A stretch of DNA of 64,000 nucleotides from an uncultured Chloroflexia bacterium (GCA_963746845.1 CAVVCZ010000005.1:416001-480000), one strand, 5' to 3'. Positions 37,558 through 48,626 are shown, counted from the first letter of the stretch. Notes: generated by a model from the sequence alone, not told the origin. Made by a program: numbers and translations.

Positions 37558-38376
37558 TCATGCCGCGGGCCGCGGCGGCTCGGGGGTCCGGGCCGTCAGC
37601 TTCGGGGAGCGTCGGACTCCGACCCGATGCAGGGCGTAGCGCAGCACGACCCGCAGGGTCGAGGCGCCGTAGACGACGCTCCGCTTGAACCCGACCGAGC
37701 TGGCTTCTTCGAAATAGCGCGTCGGGACCGCGATCTCGCCGATCCGGCGGCCCATCCCGGCCGCGACGACCTGGGCGATCAGCTCCTGGTCGAAGACGAA
37801 GTCGTTGCTGTTGAGCTGGTACGGGATCGTCTCGAGCAGCCGCCGGCTGTAGGCCCGGAGACCCGTGTGGTACTCGGACAGGTGCAGCCCGAACGCGATG
37901 TTCTCGACGGTCGTCAGGAACCGGTTGGCGATGAACTTCCACTTCGGCATGCCACCGGCCAGCGGGTCGCCGAGGAACCGGCTGCCGAGCATCAGGTGCT
38001 TCTCGCCGGACAGGATCGGGGCGATCAGGTCGGGGATCCGGGTCGCGTCGTACTGGTAGTCGGGGTGGAGCATCACGACGACGTCCGCGCCCTGCTCGAG
38101 CGCAGCGCGGTAGCACGTCTTCTGGTTGCCGCCGTAGCCCAGGTTCTGCTGGTGGATGATCACGTCGAGCCCGAGCTGACGGGCGACGTCGACGGTCTCG
38201 TCCTTCGACACGTCGTCGACGAGGATGATCCGACTCACGATGTCGTGGGGGATGTCGGCGTAGGTCCGCTCGAGGGTCTTCGCCGCGTTGTACGCGGGCA
38301 TGACCACGACGACCCGCGGGTGCGTGTCCGGGAGAGCGGATCCGGCGCCGCTCGCGGCGTCGATGGGGCGGTCCAC
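37558..38376 (-). CDS. Glycosyltransferase family 2 (polyprenol-phosphate glycosyltransferase-like)
   Basis: [31 protein letters not shown]; start 38376 or 38424. Confidence 0.92.
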   Translation of the reverse strand: MDRPIDAASGAGSALPDTHPRVVVVMPAYNAAKTLERTYADIPHDIVSRIILVDDVSKDETVDVARQLGLDVIIHQQNLGYGGNQKTCYRAALEQGADVVVMLHPDYQYDATRIPDLIAPILSGEKHLMLGSRFLGDPLAGGMPKWKFIANRFLTTVENIAFGLHLSEYHTGLRAYSRRLLETIPYQLNSNDFVFDQELIAQVVAAGMGRRIGEIAVPTRYFEEASSVGFKRSVVYGASTLRVVLRYALHRVGVRRSPKLTARTPEPPRPAA

Positions 38377-38538
38377 GAGTTCGAAGCCTACTCGATCGGT
38401 CGACCGTTCAGGCCGATCGGGCATCGTTCGATCGTCCCACGCGCCCGGCGGATGGTCCGGGCCCCGTCATCGGTTCGACACCGGTTTCCGAGCGGCCTGT
38501 GGCACGATGACGCCCGAAGCCCAACTCGGAGAACCCGC

Positions 38539-39141
38539 ATGTTCGAACGCCTCTTCGGCGGCCGGGAGATGGATCCCGCGCTCGCCGAGCGCATCCCGCC
38601 AGGCCAGTACAAGACCGACAAGTTCCCGGTCCTCCATTACGGGTCGGTTCCGCGGACCGACCTCGCCACGTGGGACTTCAAGGTCTACGGCGAGGTCGAC
38701 AACCCGTTCACGCTCACGTGGGACCAGTTCAAGGCGCTCCCGCGCAAGCGCGTCCACACGGACATCCACTGCGTGACCCGCTGGACGAAGCTGGACACCG
38801 ACTGGGAGGGCGTGGCGATCCAGGAGATCCTCAAGCTCGCCCAGGTCCGGCCGAGCGCGACCCACGTCGTGTCGCATGCGGAGCAGGGCTACACCGCGAA
38901 CGTCCCGCTGTCCGTGCTCGACGACGACGATGTCCTGCTCGCCGACACGTTCGACGGCAAGCCGCTCGAGCTCGAGCACGGCTACCCGCTCCGGCTGTTC
39001 GTCCCGAAGCGCTATTTCTGGAAGAGCAGCAAGTGGGTCCGGGGCCTGGAGTTCCTCGACCACGACCAGCTCGGCTTCTGGGAGCGATACGGCTACAACA
39101 ATGATGCGGATCCGTGGAAAGAGGAGCGGTTCTCCGAGTAA
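38539..39141 (+). CDS. Molybdopterin-dependent sulfite oxidase-like oxidoreductase
   Basis: [34 protein letters not shown]. Confidence 0.93.
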   Translation: MFERLFGGREMDPALAERIPPGQYKTDKFPVLHYGSVPRTDLATWDFKVYGEVDNPFTLTWDQFKALPRKRVHTDIHCVTRWTKLDTDWEGVAIQEILKLAQVRPSATHVVSHAEQGYTANVPLSVLDDDDVLLADTFDGKPLELEHGYPLRLFVPKRYFWKSSKWVRGLEFLDHDQLGFWERYGYNNDADPWKEERFSE

Positions 39142-39230
39142 CCGAGGCGGGACTTCCGGCTGCCGCGCATGGCCGTCCATCCGCGACGAACGCAGTCGGG
39201 GACGGGATTCGGGGTGTTGCGTCGCCGCGC

Positions 39231-40076
39231 TCAACCCTTCGGGGCGACGTCCTCGAGAAAGGACTCGACGAGCGGCAGGACGGTGTCTCTGGCCACGAAC
39301 GCGCCGATGTGATCGAGATCGTCCAGGTGGTGGAACGGGACGCCGAGCGCCGCAGCCGTGCGGGCGACCAGCGCCGGATCGTCGTGCTCGCCGCCGTACA
39401 CGAGCGCCGGCTGGCCGATCCGGTCCAGGCGGATCGACCGCCCGAAGCCCGACATCCGTCCGCCGAGGTTGACCGCCCCGAGCGCCCGCGGATCGAGGCA
39501 CTCGGCGGCGAACAGGACGTCCTCCCGCGGACCGGGCATCACCCCCCACAGCGCCGACCAGTCGCCGTGCCACAGGCGGTCCGCCCAGTCCCCCGTCCGC
39601 AGCGGATCCGGCGGCGACAGCAGGTCCTCGCCGCCCAGCACGAGCGCGGAGACGCGGTCCGGGTAGTCGATCGCCGCGACCGCGGCCAGGCTCGACCCCC
39701 GCGAGTAGCCCCAGATCGGCGCCCGGTCGACGCCGGCCGCATCCAGCACGGCGATCACGTCGCGCGCGACGTGCGGCCAGAGGTAGTCCTCGCGCTCGTG
39801 GGGACGATCGCTGAGCCCGTGCCCGAGCGGGTCGACGACGATCACCCGACGGGTCGCCGCCAGGGCCTGGGTGTAGCCCATCTCGCGCCAATCGGCCGCG
39901 AGCATCGTGTACCCGGGCACGAGGACGATCGGCGGACCGCTGCCGTGATCCTCGTAGCTGATCCGGAAGCCGCGCGACCGGGCCGACCCGAGCGTGATGT
40001 CGGCCGGATCGTTGCCGGCGGGCGTGCGCCACGACGGCCATCCCCAATTCGCGGAGACGAGCGTCGACGTGCTCAT
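39231..40076 (-). CDS. Alpha/beta fold hydrolase
   Basis: GHGLSD, nucleophile elbow GYSRG, C-terminal catalytic His (LDH). Confidence 0.88.
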   Translation of the reverse strand: MSTSTLVSANWGWPSWRTPAGNDPADITLGSARSRGFRISYEDHGSGPPIVLVPGYTMLAADWREMGYTQALAATRRVIVVDPLGHGLSDRPHEREDYLWPHVARDVIAVLDAAGVDRAPIWGYSRGSSLAAVAAIDYPDRVSALVLGGEDLLSPPDPLRTGDWADRLWHGDWSALWGVMPGPREDVLFAAECLDPRALGAVNLGGRMSGFGRSIRLDRIGQPALVYGGEHDDPALVARTAAALGVPFHHLDDLDHIGAFVARDTVLPLVESFLEDVAPKG

Positions 40077-40089
40077 GACCCCCTCTCGT

Positions 40090-43000
40090 TCAGTGCAGGA
40101 CCGCGATCGCGTCCAGATCGATCCGCGGTCTGCCGGCGGTGCCGTCGACGATCAGCTTGATCGTGTGCGTGTGGCTCGACGACCAAACCGTCTGCCAGGC
40201 GATGCCCTGGTACATCGTCGGCGACGTGAGCATATCCACTCGCGTGACGTACGTTCCATCGAGATAGACGCGGACGGTCCCGCGCGTCGTCGCAAGCGTG
40301 GAGATCAGGCCGATCCCGCGGCCGGTGAACGTGTACGAGGCGGAGCTGCTCGTGGCGGACGAGGCCAGAACGGACCCGCCCGAGTAGAGCGATGACGTGG
40401 CGGCGGTCCACGACCCGGCGTAGTGGATCGCCGTCGAGGTCTGCTGGACCAGGCCCCCGGTCACGGTCGGGCCCGATACCCACGTCCCGGCGTTCCCGGA
40501 CGCGTCGATCGCCCGGACCCGGAGCTGGATCGACACGCCGGACGAGAGGCCCATCGCCATCGACGGCGTCGTCAGGCTCGTCGAGAGCTTCTTCCACGGC
40601 CCGCTGTCGATCTTCCGCTGGAGCTCGTACCTGACGATCCCGCTGCCGACATCGGCACCGCTCCACGACGCCAGGACCGGAATCGTGCTGCCGGACATCG
40701 CCATGTGCAGGCGCGGCCGGACGGTCGGAACGCTCGTCGTCGGCAGGCCGTGGTCGACGAAGACGGATCCGGCCGCGACGACCCCGACGGGTGAGACGTT
40801 CCCCGCGAGATCGAGGACCGACGACGCCTTCAGGTTGAGCAGCACGGTCCCGGTCCCGCAGCCGCTCGCCCCGACCGACCAGGTCGTCGCGGTGGTCTGG
40901 ATCGGAGTCGCGATCTTGCAGCCGGTTGCCGTGCCCGACCGGGTCAGGTCGCCCGCCGAGAACCCGCTGATCGCCTCGTCGAAGGTCACCGTCCAGGCCG
41001 GCGTCGTCGCGTGGGTCGGGGACGGCGGACCGGTGAGCGTCGCCGCTGCGGGCGTCCGGTCGATCGTGACGAAGCTCGACGCCGCCGGCGCGGACGGGCC
41101 GTCGTTCGACGACCGATCGACGACCGACCCCGGCCCCAGGGTCAGCCCGACCGTCCCCTCGCCGCAGCCGCTGATCTGGACGGACCACGTCACGTGGTCG
41201 GGGAGCACGGCGGGCGTCCCGATCCCGCAGCCCGCGGCGGTGCCGCCCAGGGTCAGGTCGCCCGCGGTCAGGCCGGTGACCGGCTCGCTGAAGATCACGT
41301 TGGCCGTCAGCGTCGCGGCCTTCGTCGGGCTGTGGGGCATCGCGATGGCGGCGCCCGGGGGCGTACGGTCGATGTGGACGGTCGGCCCGACCGCGGCCGA
41401 GGCCGGACCCGTCGAGGTCCCATCGCTCACGGTGGCCGGCTTGAGGGTCAGGATGACCGTCCCGTCCGTGGGTCCGCCGGACGCGAGATTGACGGCGTAC
41501 GGTCCGCTCCCCGAGCCGGACACGCCCGTCACGCCCCACCCGTCGGATGTCCCCGTGACGGTGAAGTCGTCCGTGGCGAGACCCGTGATGCTGTGGCTGA
41601 ACCAGACGGTCTCGTCGAAGGTCGACCCCACGCCGACGCCGGACGGCCCGGTCACCAGGGCGGTCGGCGGCGCCGTCGGGGCGCACCGGGCGGCGGTCAA
41701 CGCCCCGATGTTGAGCCGGCGACCCGTCGATGTCACGCCGGCGAGCCCCGCCGTTGCCGTCGCGGTCGTCAGCACGTCGGAGCGGAGGAGGTTGGCCGGC
41801 CGGCCGTACTCGCACGATGCCGCGAGGGCGATCGCGCCCGTCACGTGCGGCGCGGCCATCGAGGTCCCGTCGGCGATCGCGTAGGCCGACGGGGGGAACG
41901 TCGACACGATTCCCGCGCCCGGGGCTCCGAGGTCGACGCTCGTCGCCCCGTAGTTGGAGAAATCGGCGAGGGCGCCGGTCTTGCCGATCGCGGCCACCGA
42001 CACGATGCAGTCCCAGCCGCGCGCGGCACCATTCGGGTAGTGCTTGTCGCACTTGTTCGCGGCCGGGTAGAACGGGTTGGCCCCGTCGTCGTTGACGTGG
42101 TCGTTGCCGGCGGCGGCGACGAACAGGATGTTCTGGTCGCCGCCGCGGTTGATCGCGTCGACCAGCGCCTGGCTGAAGGCGCCGCCGCCCCAGCTGTTGT
42201 TCGTCGCCACGATGTCCAGCCCGTGACGGACCTTCAGATCCGTGAGGTAGTCGAGGGCGCGGATGGCGTTCGCCGTGTCCCCCGTGTCCTCGAGGAACTT
42301 CGCGCTGATCATGCTGACGGACCAATTGACCCCGACGACGCCGATGCCGTTGCCGCCGACCCCGCCGATCGTCCCGGCAACGTGGGTCCCGTGGCCGTCG
42401 TTGGCCGCGCCATCGTCGACGGTGTTGTCGTTGTGCAGGAAGTCCCAACCGTGGACGTCGTCGACGTAACCGTTGCCATCGTCGTCGATCCCGTTCACCG
42501 GGTCCCACGGGTTCGTCCAGATATTCGCCGCGAGATCCGGATGGTCGATCTGGATGCCCTCATCGACGATGCCGACCACGACAGTCGGGCTGCCCGTGAC
42601 GTCGGCGGCCCACGAGTCGACGGCGCCGGTCCCGAACGGGCTGGCGGGTCCGGCCAGCATCGCCCACAGGTTGTTCGGAGGCGGGGCGAGGAGGAACGGA
42701 TCGTCTGAGGTCGCATCCGTCGAGACGAGGTAGTCGGGCTCGGCGAACCGGACATCCGGGTCGGCCTCGAGGGCGGCGATCGCCGCGTCGACCGACGTCC
42801 CGGCGGGCAGCGTCAGCTTCTCCGAGGAGCCCGAGAGGGGCGACAGCCGATGCGCCGACGTGGCATTGACGGATCGCCGGGCCATGACCTGCCCGGAGGT
42901 CGACGTCCCGAGCCGGTACCCGACGAGGACGACGCCGGGGACGCGCGGCAGGTTCGGGTGGGGCCGCGCCGTGACTCGCGGGAGAGACGGGGTCCGGCCG

Positions 43001-43215
43001 GCGGGCGGCGTCGCGCGGACCGCTGTCGCGGCGACCACCGTGGCCGTCGGCGCGACGAGGGCCCAGGCAAGCGTGGCGGCCACGGCGACCGACGCGACGC
43101 GGCGGAGACGCTGAACGTGGGCACGGGGGCGTGCGCGGGCGGCGATGGCGTCCGGGCGGCGCTGGGTCTGCACGAGGGTCGAGCCAGTCTCCATCAACGC
43201 GCGAGATGCTCTCAT
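40090..43215 (-). CDS. Secreted S8 (subtilisin-like) serine protease with tandem Ig-like domains
   Basis: VDEG, HGTHVAG, AAGN, GTSMAAPHV catalytic motifs; repeated VTF(S/D)E...(A/T)GDL Ig-like units; start 43194-43215. Confidence 0.92.
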   Translation of the reverse strand: MRASRALMETGSTLVQTQRRPDAIAARARPRAHVQRLRRVASVAVAATLAWALVAPTATVVAATAVRATPPAGRTPSLPRVTARPHPNLPRVPGVVLVGYRLGTSTSGQVMARRSVNATSAHRLSPLSGSSEKLTLPAGTSVDAAIAALEADPDVRFAEPDYLVSTDATSDDPFLLAPPPNNLWAMLAGPASPFGTGAVDSWAADVTGSPTVVVGIVDEGIQIDHPDLAANIWTNPWDPVNGIDDDGNGYVDDVHGWDFLHNDNTVDDGAANDGHGTHVAGTIGGVGGNGIGVVGVNWSVSMISAKFLEDTGDTANAIRALDYLTDLKVRHGLDIVATNNSWGGGAFSQALVDAINRGGDQNILFVAAAGNDHVNDDGANPFYPAANKCDKHYPNGAARGWDCIVSVAAIGKTGALADFSNYGATSVDLGAPGAGIVSTFPPSAYAIADGTSMAAPHVTGAIALAASCEYGRPANLLRSDVLTTATATAGLAGVTSTGRRLNIGALTAARCAPTAPPTALVTGPSGVGVGSTFDETVWFSHSITGLATDDFTVTGTSDGWGVTGVSGSGSGPYAVNLASGGPTDGTVILTLKPATVSDGTSTGPASAAVGPTVHIDRTPPGAAIAMPHSPTKAATLTANVIFSEPVTGLTAGDLTLGGTAAGCGIGTPAVLPDHVTWSVQISGCGEGTVGLTLGPGSVVDRSSNDGPSAPAASSFVTIDRTPAAATLTGPPSPTHATTPAWTVTFDEAISGFSAGDLTRSGTATGCKIATPIQTTATTWSVGASGCGTGTVLLNLKASSVLDLAGNVSPVGVVAAGSVFVDHGLPTTSVPTVRPRLHMAMSGSTIPVLASWSGADVGSGIVRYELQRKIDSGPWKKLSTSLTTPSMAMGLSSGVSIQLRVRAIDASGNAGTWVSGPTVTGGLVQQTSTAIHYAGSWTAATSSLYSGGSVLASSATSSSASYTFTGRGIGLISTLATTRGTVRVYLDGTYVTRVDMLTSPTMYQGIAWQTVWSSSHTHTIKLIVDGTAGRPRIDLDAIAVLH

Positions 43216-43330
43216 GACGCGAGACGTTCGCCGGACGCTTCGGTGCGCGGAGCCGATCGGAGGCTACCCGGTCCGGTCGAGCGAATCAATCCACCACATC
43301 CAGGGAGCCGCGGCACGGCAGAATCGCGTG

Positions 43331-44137
43331 ATGCAGTACGGCTTCCTGGTGACCACCGGCGACCCGCGGATCGCCGCGGAGCTCGCCGCCGACGCGGAGA
43401 ATCACGGCTGGGACGGCGCCTTCAGCTGGGACGGGATCGCGGTCGGCGATGTCGACACGTACGACCCGTGGATCCTCATGGCGGCGATGGCCATGCGGAC
43501 CGAGAGGGTCCGGCTCGGTGCGATCCTGACCCCACCGGCCCGCCGGCGCCCGTGGAAGCTGGCCCGCGAGACGATGACGCTCGATCGCCTGTCCGGCGGC
43601 CGGCTCGTCCTGCCGGTGGGTCTCGGCGCGCTCGACGACCTTGGGTTCGGGAACGTCGGCGAGGCGACCGGGGCCCGGGCACGTGCGGAACGGCTCGACG
43701 AATCACTCGAGATCCTGCAGGGGCTCTGGACGGGCGAGCCATTCGCATTCGAGGGCCGCCACTTCCGGTTCGACGCGATGACGTTCCACCCCACGCCGAT
43801 CCAGCGCCCGCGGATCCCGATCTGGGTCGCCGCGACGCTCGCCAGCGACCGGTCGGTCGCGCGTGCCCTCCGGTTCGACGGCATCCTCCCGCAGACGGCC
43901 GACCCGACCGCGATCCGCGAGCTCGCGACCCTCGTCGCCGCGTCACGGCAGGACACGGATCGCACCCCGTTCGACATCGTCGTCGAGGGCACGACGGACC
44001 CGCGTGAGGAGGCCGACGTCGCGCGGGTGACCGGCCTCGCCGATGCAGGCGCCACGTGGTGGATCGAGTCCAACTGGCAGGGCGCGACGGTCGACTCGCT
44101 GCGCGAGCGCATCGCCGGCGGCCCGCCGCGTCGGTAG
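43331..44137 (+). CDS. LLM-class flavin-dependent oxidoreductase
   Basis: GWDG..WD, RRRPWKLARE..TLDRLSGGR, PIWV. Confidence 0.9.
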   Translation: MQYGFLVTTGDPRIAAELAADAENHGWDGAFSWDGIAVGDVDTYDPWILMAAMAMRTERVRLGAILTPPARRRPWKLARETMTLDRLSGGRLVLPVGLGALDDLGFGNVGEATGARARAERLDESLEILQGLWTGEPFAFEGRHFRFDAMTFHPTPIQRPRIPIWVAATLASDRSVARALRFDGILPQTADPTAIRELATLVAASRQDTDRTPFDIVVEGTTDPREEADVARVTGLADAGATWWIESNWQGATVDSLRERIAGGPPRR

Positions 44138-44168
44138 GCGGCCGCCCGGCCCGGACGGACCCGTTGGC

Positions 44169-46217
44169 TCAGACCGCCTCGGCGAGCGCCCCGGAGAACT
44201 GGCTCTGGTACAGGTCGGCGTAGGCGCCGCCGCGGGCCAGCAGCTGGTCGTGGGTCCCCTGCTCGACGATCCGGCCCCGCTCCATCACGAGGATCGTGTC
44301 GGCGTCGCGGATCGTCGACAGCCGGTGGGCGATGACGAACGTCGTCCGGCCCTTCATCAGCCGGGCCATCGCGCGCTGGATCAGGACCTCGGTCCGCGTG
44401 TCGACCGAGGACGTCGCCTCGTCGAGGATGAGGATCGGCGGGTCGGCCAGGAACGCCCGGGAGATCGTGAGGAGCTGCTTCTCGCCGGCCGACACGTTCG
44501 TCGCGTCGTCGTCGATCACGGTGTCGTAGCCGTCGGGCAGCGTCCGGACGAAGTGGTCCACGTGGGCCGCCTCGGCCGCCGCGCGGATCTCGTCCTCGGT
44601 CGCGTCGAGCCGGCCGTAGGCGATGTTCTCGCGGATCGTGCCGTGGAACAGCCACGTGTCCTGGAGGACCATCCCGAACGCGTGCCGGAGCGCGTCGCGA
44701 CGCAGGTCGCGCGTGTCGATCCCGTCGATCGTGATCTTGCCGCCGTCGAGCTCGTAGAAGCGCATCAGCAGGTTCACGAGGGTCGTCTTGCCCGCGCCGG
44801 TCGGACCGACGATCGCCACGGTCCGCCCCGCATTGACGTTGAGGTTCAGGTCGTCGATGAGCGGCTTGTCGGGCTCGTAGCGGAAGGAGACGTCCTCGAA
44901 CGTGACGGCGCCGACGGGCTCGCGGAAGGCCGGGGCGACGACCGGATCGGCCGACTCCTCCTTCTCGTCGAGCAGCTCGAACACCCGCTCGGCCGACGCC
45001 ACCGCCGACTGGAGGACGTTGACGACGCTCGCGAGCTGGATGATCGGGAACGTGAACTGACGCGAGTACTGGATGAACGCGACGACGTCGCCGAGGCTCA
45101 TCGCGCCGGAGGCCACCTGGAGGCCGCCGACGACCGCGATCGTGACGTAGTTCAGGTTCGAGATGAACGTCATCACCGGCTGGATCGTCCCGGAGATGAA
45201 CTGCGCCTTGCGGCTGGCCTCGTACAGCCGGTCGTTCTCCTCCTGGAAGCGTTCGATGGCCTCCGGCTGGCGGCCGAAGAGCTTCACGATCGAATGGCCG
45301 GTGTGCATCTCCTCCACGTGGCCGTTCAGGGCGCCGGTTGATGCCCACTGGGCGACGAACTGCTGCTGCGACCGCTTGACGATGAAGACCGTGGCGAACA
45401 GCGAGACCGGGACGACGAGCAGGGACACCACAGCGAGGAGCGGGCTGATCAGGAACATCAGGATCAGGACGCCGACGATCGTCAGGAGGGAGGTGACGAG
45501 CTGGGTCAGGCTCTGCTGGAGCGACTGGCCGATGTTGTCGATGTCGTTCGTGACCCGGCTCAGCAGGTCGCCGCGGGGATGACCGTCGAAGTAGCGCAGC
45601 GGCAGTCGGCCCAGCTTCTCGTCGACCTCCGTGCGGAGACGCAGGACGCTGCGCTGGGTGACGCCGGCCATGATCCAGGCCTGTGCCCAGCTGAAGATCG
45701 CGCTCGCGATATAGACCCCGGCGAGGGTGAGCAGGACCGCCCCGAGCTGTGCGAAGTCGATGCCGACGCCGGGCGTCAGGGTCATCCCCGACAGCATGTC
45801 GGCCTGCTGGGTCTGGCCCGCGGCTCGGAGCCCGGCTTCGATCTGGGCCTGGGTGGCCCCGGCGGGGAGCTGCTTGCTGATCGCCCCCTCGAAGATGATG
45901 TTGATCGCGTTGGACAGGATCTTCGGGCCGAGGACCGCAAAGAAGACGCTCACGACGGCGAACAGGAACACGAAGGCCACCCGGAGCGCCTCCGGCCGCA
46001 GGAACCCGAACAGCCGGATCAGCGAGCCTCGGAAGTCCTTCGACTTGGCCGGCGGCAGGCCCATGCCCATGCCGAACATGCCGGGGCCGCCGCCCGGACG
46101 GCGAGGGCCGCCCGGGCCACCGGGGCCGCCAGGACCGGCACCGGCGGGAGGCGCTGCCGGAGCCGCCGGGCGCGTGCCCGTGCCGTTGCCGCTCGGTCCG
46201 CCGGTCGGCCCGCTCAC
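44169..46217 (-). CDS. Heterodimeric ABC exporter, permease/ATPase subunit
   Basis: TMD + GPTGAGKT, VSAGEKQ, LDEATS, IAHRLS. Confidence 0.95.
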   Translation of the reverse strand: MSGPTGGPSGNGTGTRPAAPAAPPAGAGPGGPGGPGGPRRPGGGPGMFGMGMGLPPAKSKDFRGSLIRLFGFLRPEALRVAFVFLFAVVSVFFAVLGPKILSNAINIIFEGAISKQLPAGATQAQIEAGLRAAGQTQQADMLSGMTLTPGVGIDFAQLGAVLLTLAGVYIASAIFSWAQAWIMAGVTQRSVLRLRTEVDEKLGRLPLRYFDGHPRGDLLSRVTNDIDNIGQSLQQSLTQLVTSLLTIVGVLILMFLISPLLAVVSLLVVPVSLFATVFIVKRSQQQFVAQWASTGALNGHVEEMHTGHSIVKLFGRQPEAIERFQEENDRLYEASRKAQFISGTIQPVMTFISNLNYVTIAVVGGLQVASGAMSLGDVVAFIQYSRQFTFPIIQLASVVNVLQSAVASAERVFELLDEKEESADPVVAPAFREPVGAVTFEDVSFRYEPDKPLIDDLNLNVNAGRTVAIVGPTGAGKTTLVNLLMRFYELDGGKITIDGIDTRDLRRDALRHAFGMVLQDTWLFHGTIRENIAYGRLDATEDEIRAAAEAAHVDHFVRTLPDGYDTVIDDDATNVSAGEKQLLTISRAFLADPPILILDEATSSVDTRTEVLIQRAMARLMKGRTTFVIAHRLSTIRDADTILVMERGRIVEQGTHDQLLARGGAYADLYQSQFSGALAEAV

Positions 46218-47956
46218 GCGACGGCCTCCGTCTCGGACAGCTGCGAGTACACGATCTCGCGATAGGTCTCGTTCGTCTCGAGCAGCTCGCGGTGGGTCCC
46301 GATCCCGACGATCGCGCCGTCGTCCATGACGATGATCTGGTCGGCATGGAGGATCGTTCCGACGCGCTGGGCGACGATGATCACGGTCGCGTGGCCGAGC
46401 TCCCGCTCGAGCGCGGCCCGGAGCCGCGCGTCGGTCGAGAAGTCCAGCGCACTGAAGCTGTCGTCGAAGATGAAGATCGGGGCGTCCTTGACGATCGCCC
46501 GGGCGATGGACAGGCGCTGTCGCTGCCCGCCCGAGACGTTCGAGCCGCCCTGCACGATCGGCGCGTCGAGCCCCCCGTCCATCTCGCCGACGAACTCCTT
46601 GCCCTGGGCGATCTCGAGGGCTCGCCAGATCTCGTCGTCGGTGGCGTCCGCCTTGCCGAACCGGAGGTTCGAGCCGACCGTCCCGGAGAACAGGAACGCC
46701 TTCTGGGGGATGACGCCCATCCGCGACCAGAGCTCGTCGCGGTCCATCGCCCGGACGTCGACGCCGTCGACGAGGACGGTGCCGGTCGTCGCGTCGTAGA
46801 ACCGCGGGATCAGGTTGATCAGGGTCGTCTTGCCGCTGCCGGTGCTGCCGACGATCGCCGTGGTCTGACCAGGCTCGGCCCGAAAGGTGATCGACCGCAG
46901 GACCGCCTGCTCCGCGCCCGGGTAGCGGAACTGGACGTCGCGGAACTCCACGACGCCGGCGTCCGGACCGTCGACGGCGGGGGTGACCGGGTGCTCCGGG
47001 TCGTGAATGGTCGGCTGGGTGTCGAGGACCTCCTGGATCCGGGCCGACGACACGGCCGCGCGCGGGATGAGGATGAACATGAAGACGGCCGTGAGGACGG
47101 CGAACAGGATCTGGAACAGGTACTGGAGGAACGCCGTCAGGTTGCCGATCGGCAGATCACCGGACTCGACCCGCATCGCCCCGAACCAGAGCACGGCGAC
47201 GGTCGACAGGTTGAAGATCGCGAAGATCAACGGCTGGGTGATCGCGAAGATCCGCGTCGCCTGGAGCTGAACGCCGTAGAGATCGCGGCTGGCGGTCTCG
47301 AACCGGGCCTCCTCGTGCTTCGTCCGGACGAACGCCCGGATGACGCGGACGCCGGACAGCGTCTCGCGCATCACCTGGTTGATCCGGTCGATCTTCGTCT
47401 GGGTGGCGCGGAACAGGGGAATGAGCCGGAGCATCGTCAGGGCGATGATGACGGCCATGACCGGCAGGATGATCAGGAGGAGCCCGGACAGGGGGACGTC
47501 GGTCCGGAGCGCCATGAAGACCCCGCCGACGATCAGGATCGGGGCGGAGACCATGATCGTCAGGGCCACGAACACGACCTGCTGGACCTGCTGGACGTCG
47601 TTCGTGTTGCGGGTGATCAGGGTGGCCGGTCCGAACGTGTTGACCTCGACCTGGCTGAAGGTCTCGACCTTCGCGAACACGGCCGCGCGGACGTCGCGCC
47701 CGAAGCCCATCGCGACCCGGGAGCTGTAGTAGACGGCCACGATCGCGGACAGCCCGATGACCGCCGTGACGAGGAGCATCAATCCGCCGATCCGGAGGAT
47801 GTAGTCCGTGTCGCCCTTCACGACGCCGTTGTTGATGATGTCGCCCTGGAGGTCCGGCAGGTACAGGTTGCCGATCGCACCGACGAGCAGCAGCCCGATG
47901 ACGATGACGAGCTGGGTCGTGTACGGGCGCAGGTAGGTCCGGAGGAGGGCGATCAC
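46214..47956 (-). CDS. Heterodimeric ABC exporter, permease/ATPase subunit (degenerate site)
   Basis: GSTGSGKT, VSGGQRQR, FDDSFSALD, VAQR. Confidence 0.95.
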   Translation of the reverse strand: MIALLRTYLRPYTTQLVIVIGLLLVGAIGNLYLPDLQGDIINNGVVKGDTDYILRIGGLMLLVTAVIGLSAIVAVYYSSRVAMGFGRDVRAAVFAKVETFSQVEVNTFGPATLITRNTNDVQQVQQVVFVALTIMVSAPILIVGGVFMALRTDVPLSGLLLIILPVMAVIIALTMLRLIPLFRATQTKIDRINQVMRETLSGVRVIRAFVRTKHEEARFETASRDLYGVQLQATRIFAITQPLIFAIFNLSTVAVLWFGAMRVESGDLPIGNLTAFLQYLFQILFAVLTAVFMFILIPRAAVSSARIQEVLDTQPTIHDPEHPVTPAVDGPDAGVVEFRDVQFRYPGAEQAVLRSITFRAEPGQTTAIVGSTGSGKTTLINLIPRFYDATTGTVLVDGVDVRAMDRDELWSRMGVIPQKAFLFSGTVGSNLRFGKADATDDEIWRALEIAQGKEFVGEMDGGLDAPIVQGGSNVSGGQRQRLSIARAIVKDAPIFIFDDSFSALDFSTDARLRAALERELGHATVIIVAQRVGTILHADQIIVMDDGAIVGIGTHRELLETNETYREIVYSQLSETEAVA

Positions 47957-48495
47957 GTCGGGGTCTCCGTGCTCGGGGGCGGCTCGACCGCGGCTTCGGC
48001 GTGGACCGCCTCGCGCGCGGCGCCGACCGCACGGAGACCGGTCTGGAAGGCGCGGAGCTCCTCGTCGGTCAGGTGCTCGAGGAGCCGCGTCAGGTGCTCG
48101 CGACGCTGGGTCATCATGTCGCGGAAGACGGCCTTGCCGGCGTCGGTCGGCACGACGAGGACGACGCGCCGGTCTTCCTGGTCATGGCGGCGCTCGACGA
48201 GCCCGCGCTCCTCCATCCGGCTGACAATGCCGGTCGCGCTCGCGACCGAGACGTCGAGGCTGTCCGCGAGCCGGGACATCGGCAGGGGCCCGTCGACCTC
48301 GAGGATCGTCAGGACATGGACGTGGATCAGGCTCAGCGAGCCCTTGAGCCACGACTTGAAGACGTGCATCCGGTCACGCGGGCTCCACGACGTCATCTCG
48401 TCGACGAGCTCGACGATCACGACACCGCGCGATCCGAGCTCGCCGGTGGCGGGGGTGACCTTCAAGGTCTTCCTGGGCCTGATATTCAATGACAC
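47953..48495 (-). CDS. MarR family transcriptional regulator
   Basis: LA..L.VS..S.T..V.RME..GLV.R...DRR. Confidence 0.92.
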   Translation of the reverse strand: MSLNIRPRKTLKVTPATGELGSRGVVIVELVDEMTSWSPRDRMHVFKSWLKGSLSLIHVHVLTILEVDGPLPMSRLADSLDVSVASATGIVSRMEERGLVERRHDQEDRRVVLVVPTDAGKAVFRDMMTQRREHLTRLLEHLTDEELRAFQTGLRAVGAAREAVHAEAAVEPPPSTETPT

Positions 48496-48531
48496 GTTGA
48501 CAATCTACGTCATGTGCAATGACGCTGTCAA
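48496..48531 (-). promoter_or_regulatory. Leaderless promoter with palindromic MarR operator
   Basis: TTGACA-18 nt-TAGATT-6 nt-GTG; CGTCAT-N5-ATGACG palindrome (48508-48524) in the spacer. Confidence 0.8.
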
Positions 48532-48626
48532 CGAATCGCGGCGGCGGCGGCAACGTCGAGCATCCGGTCGTGGTTCGCCGACGACAGGACGGATGACGAT
48601 GCCGGTCCGCCTGGCCGCCGACCCGA

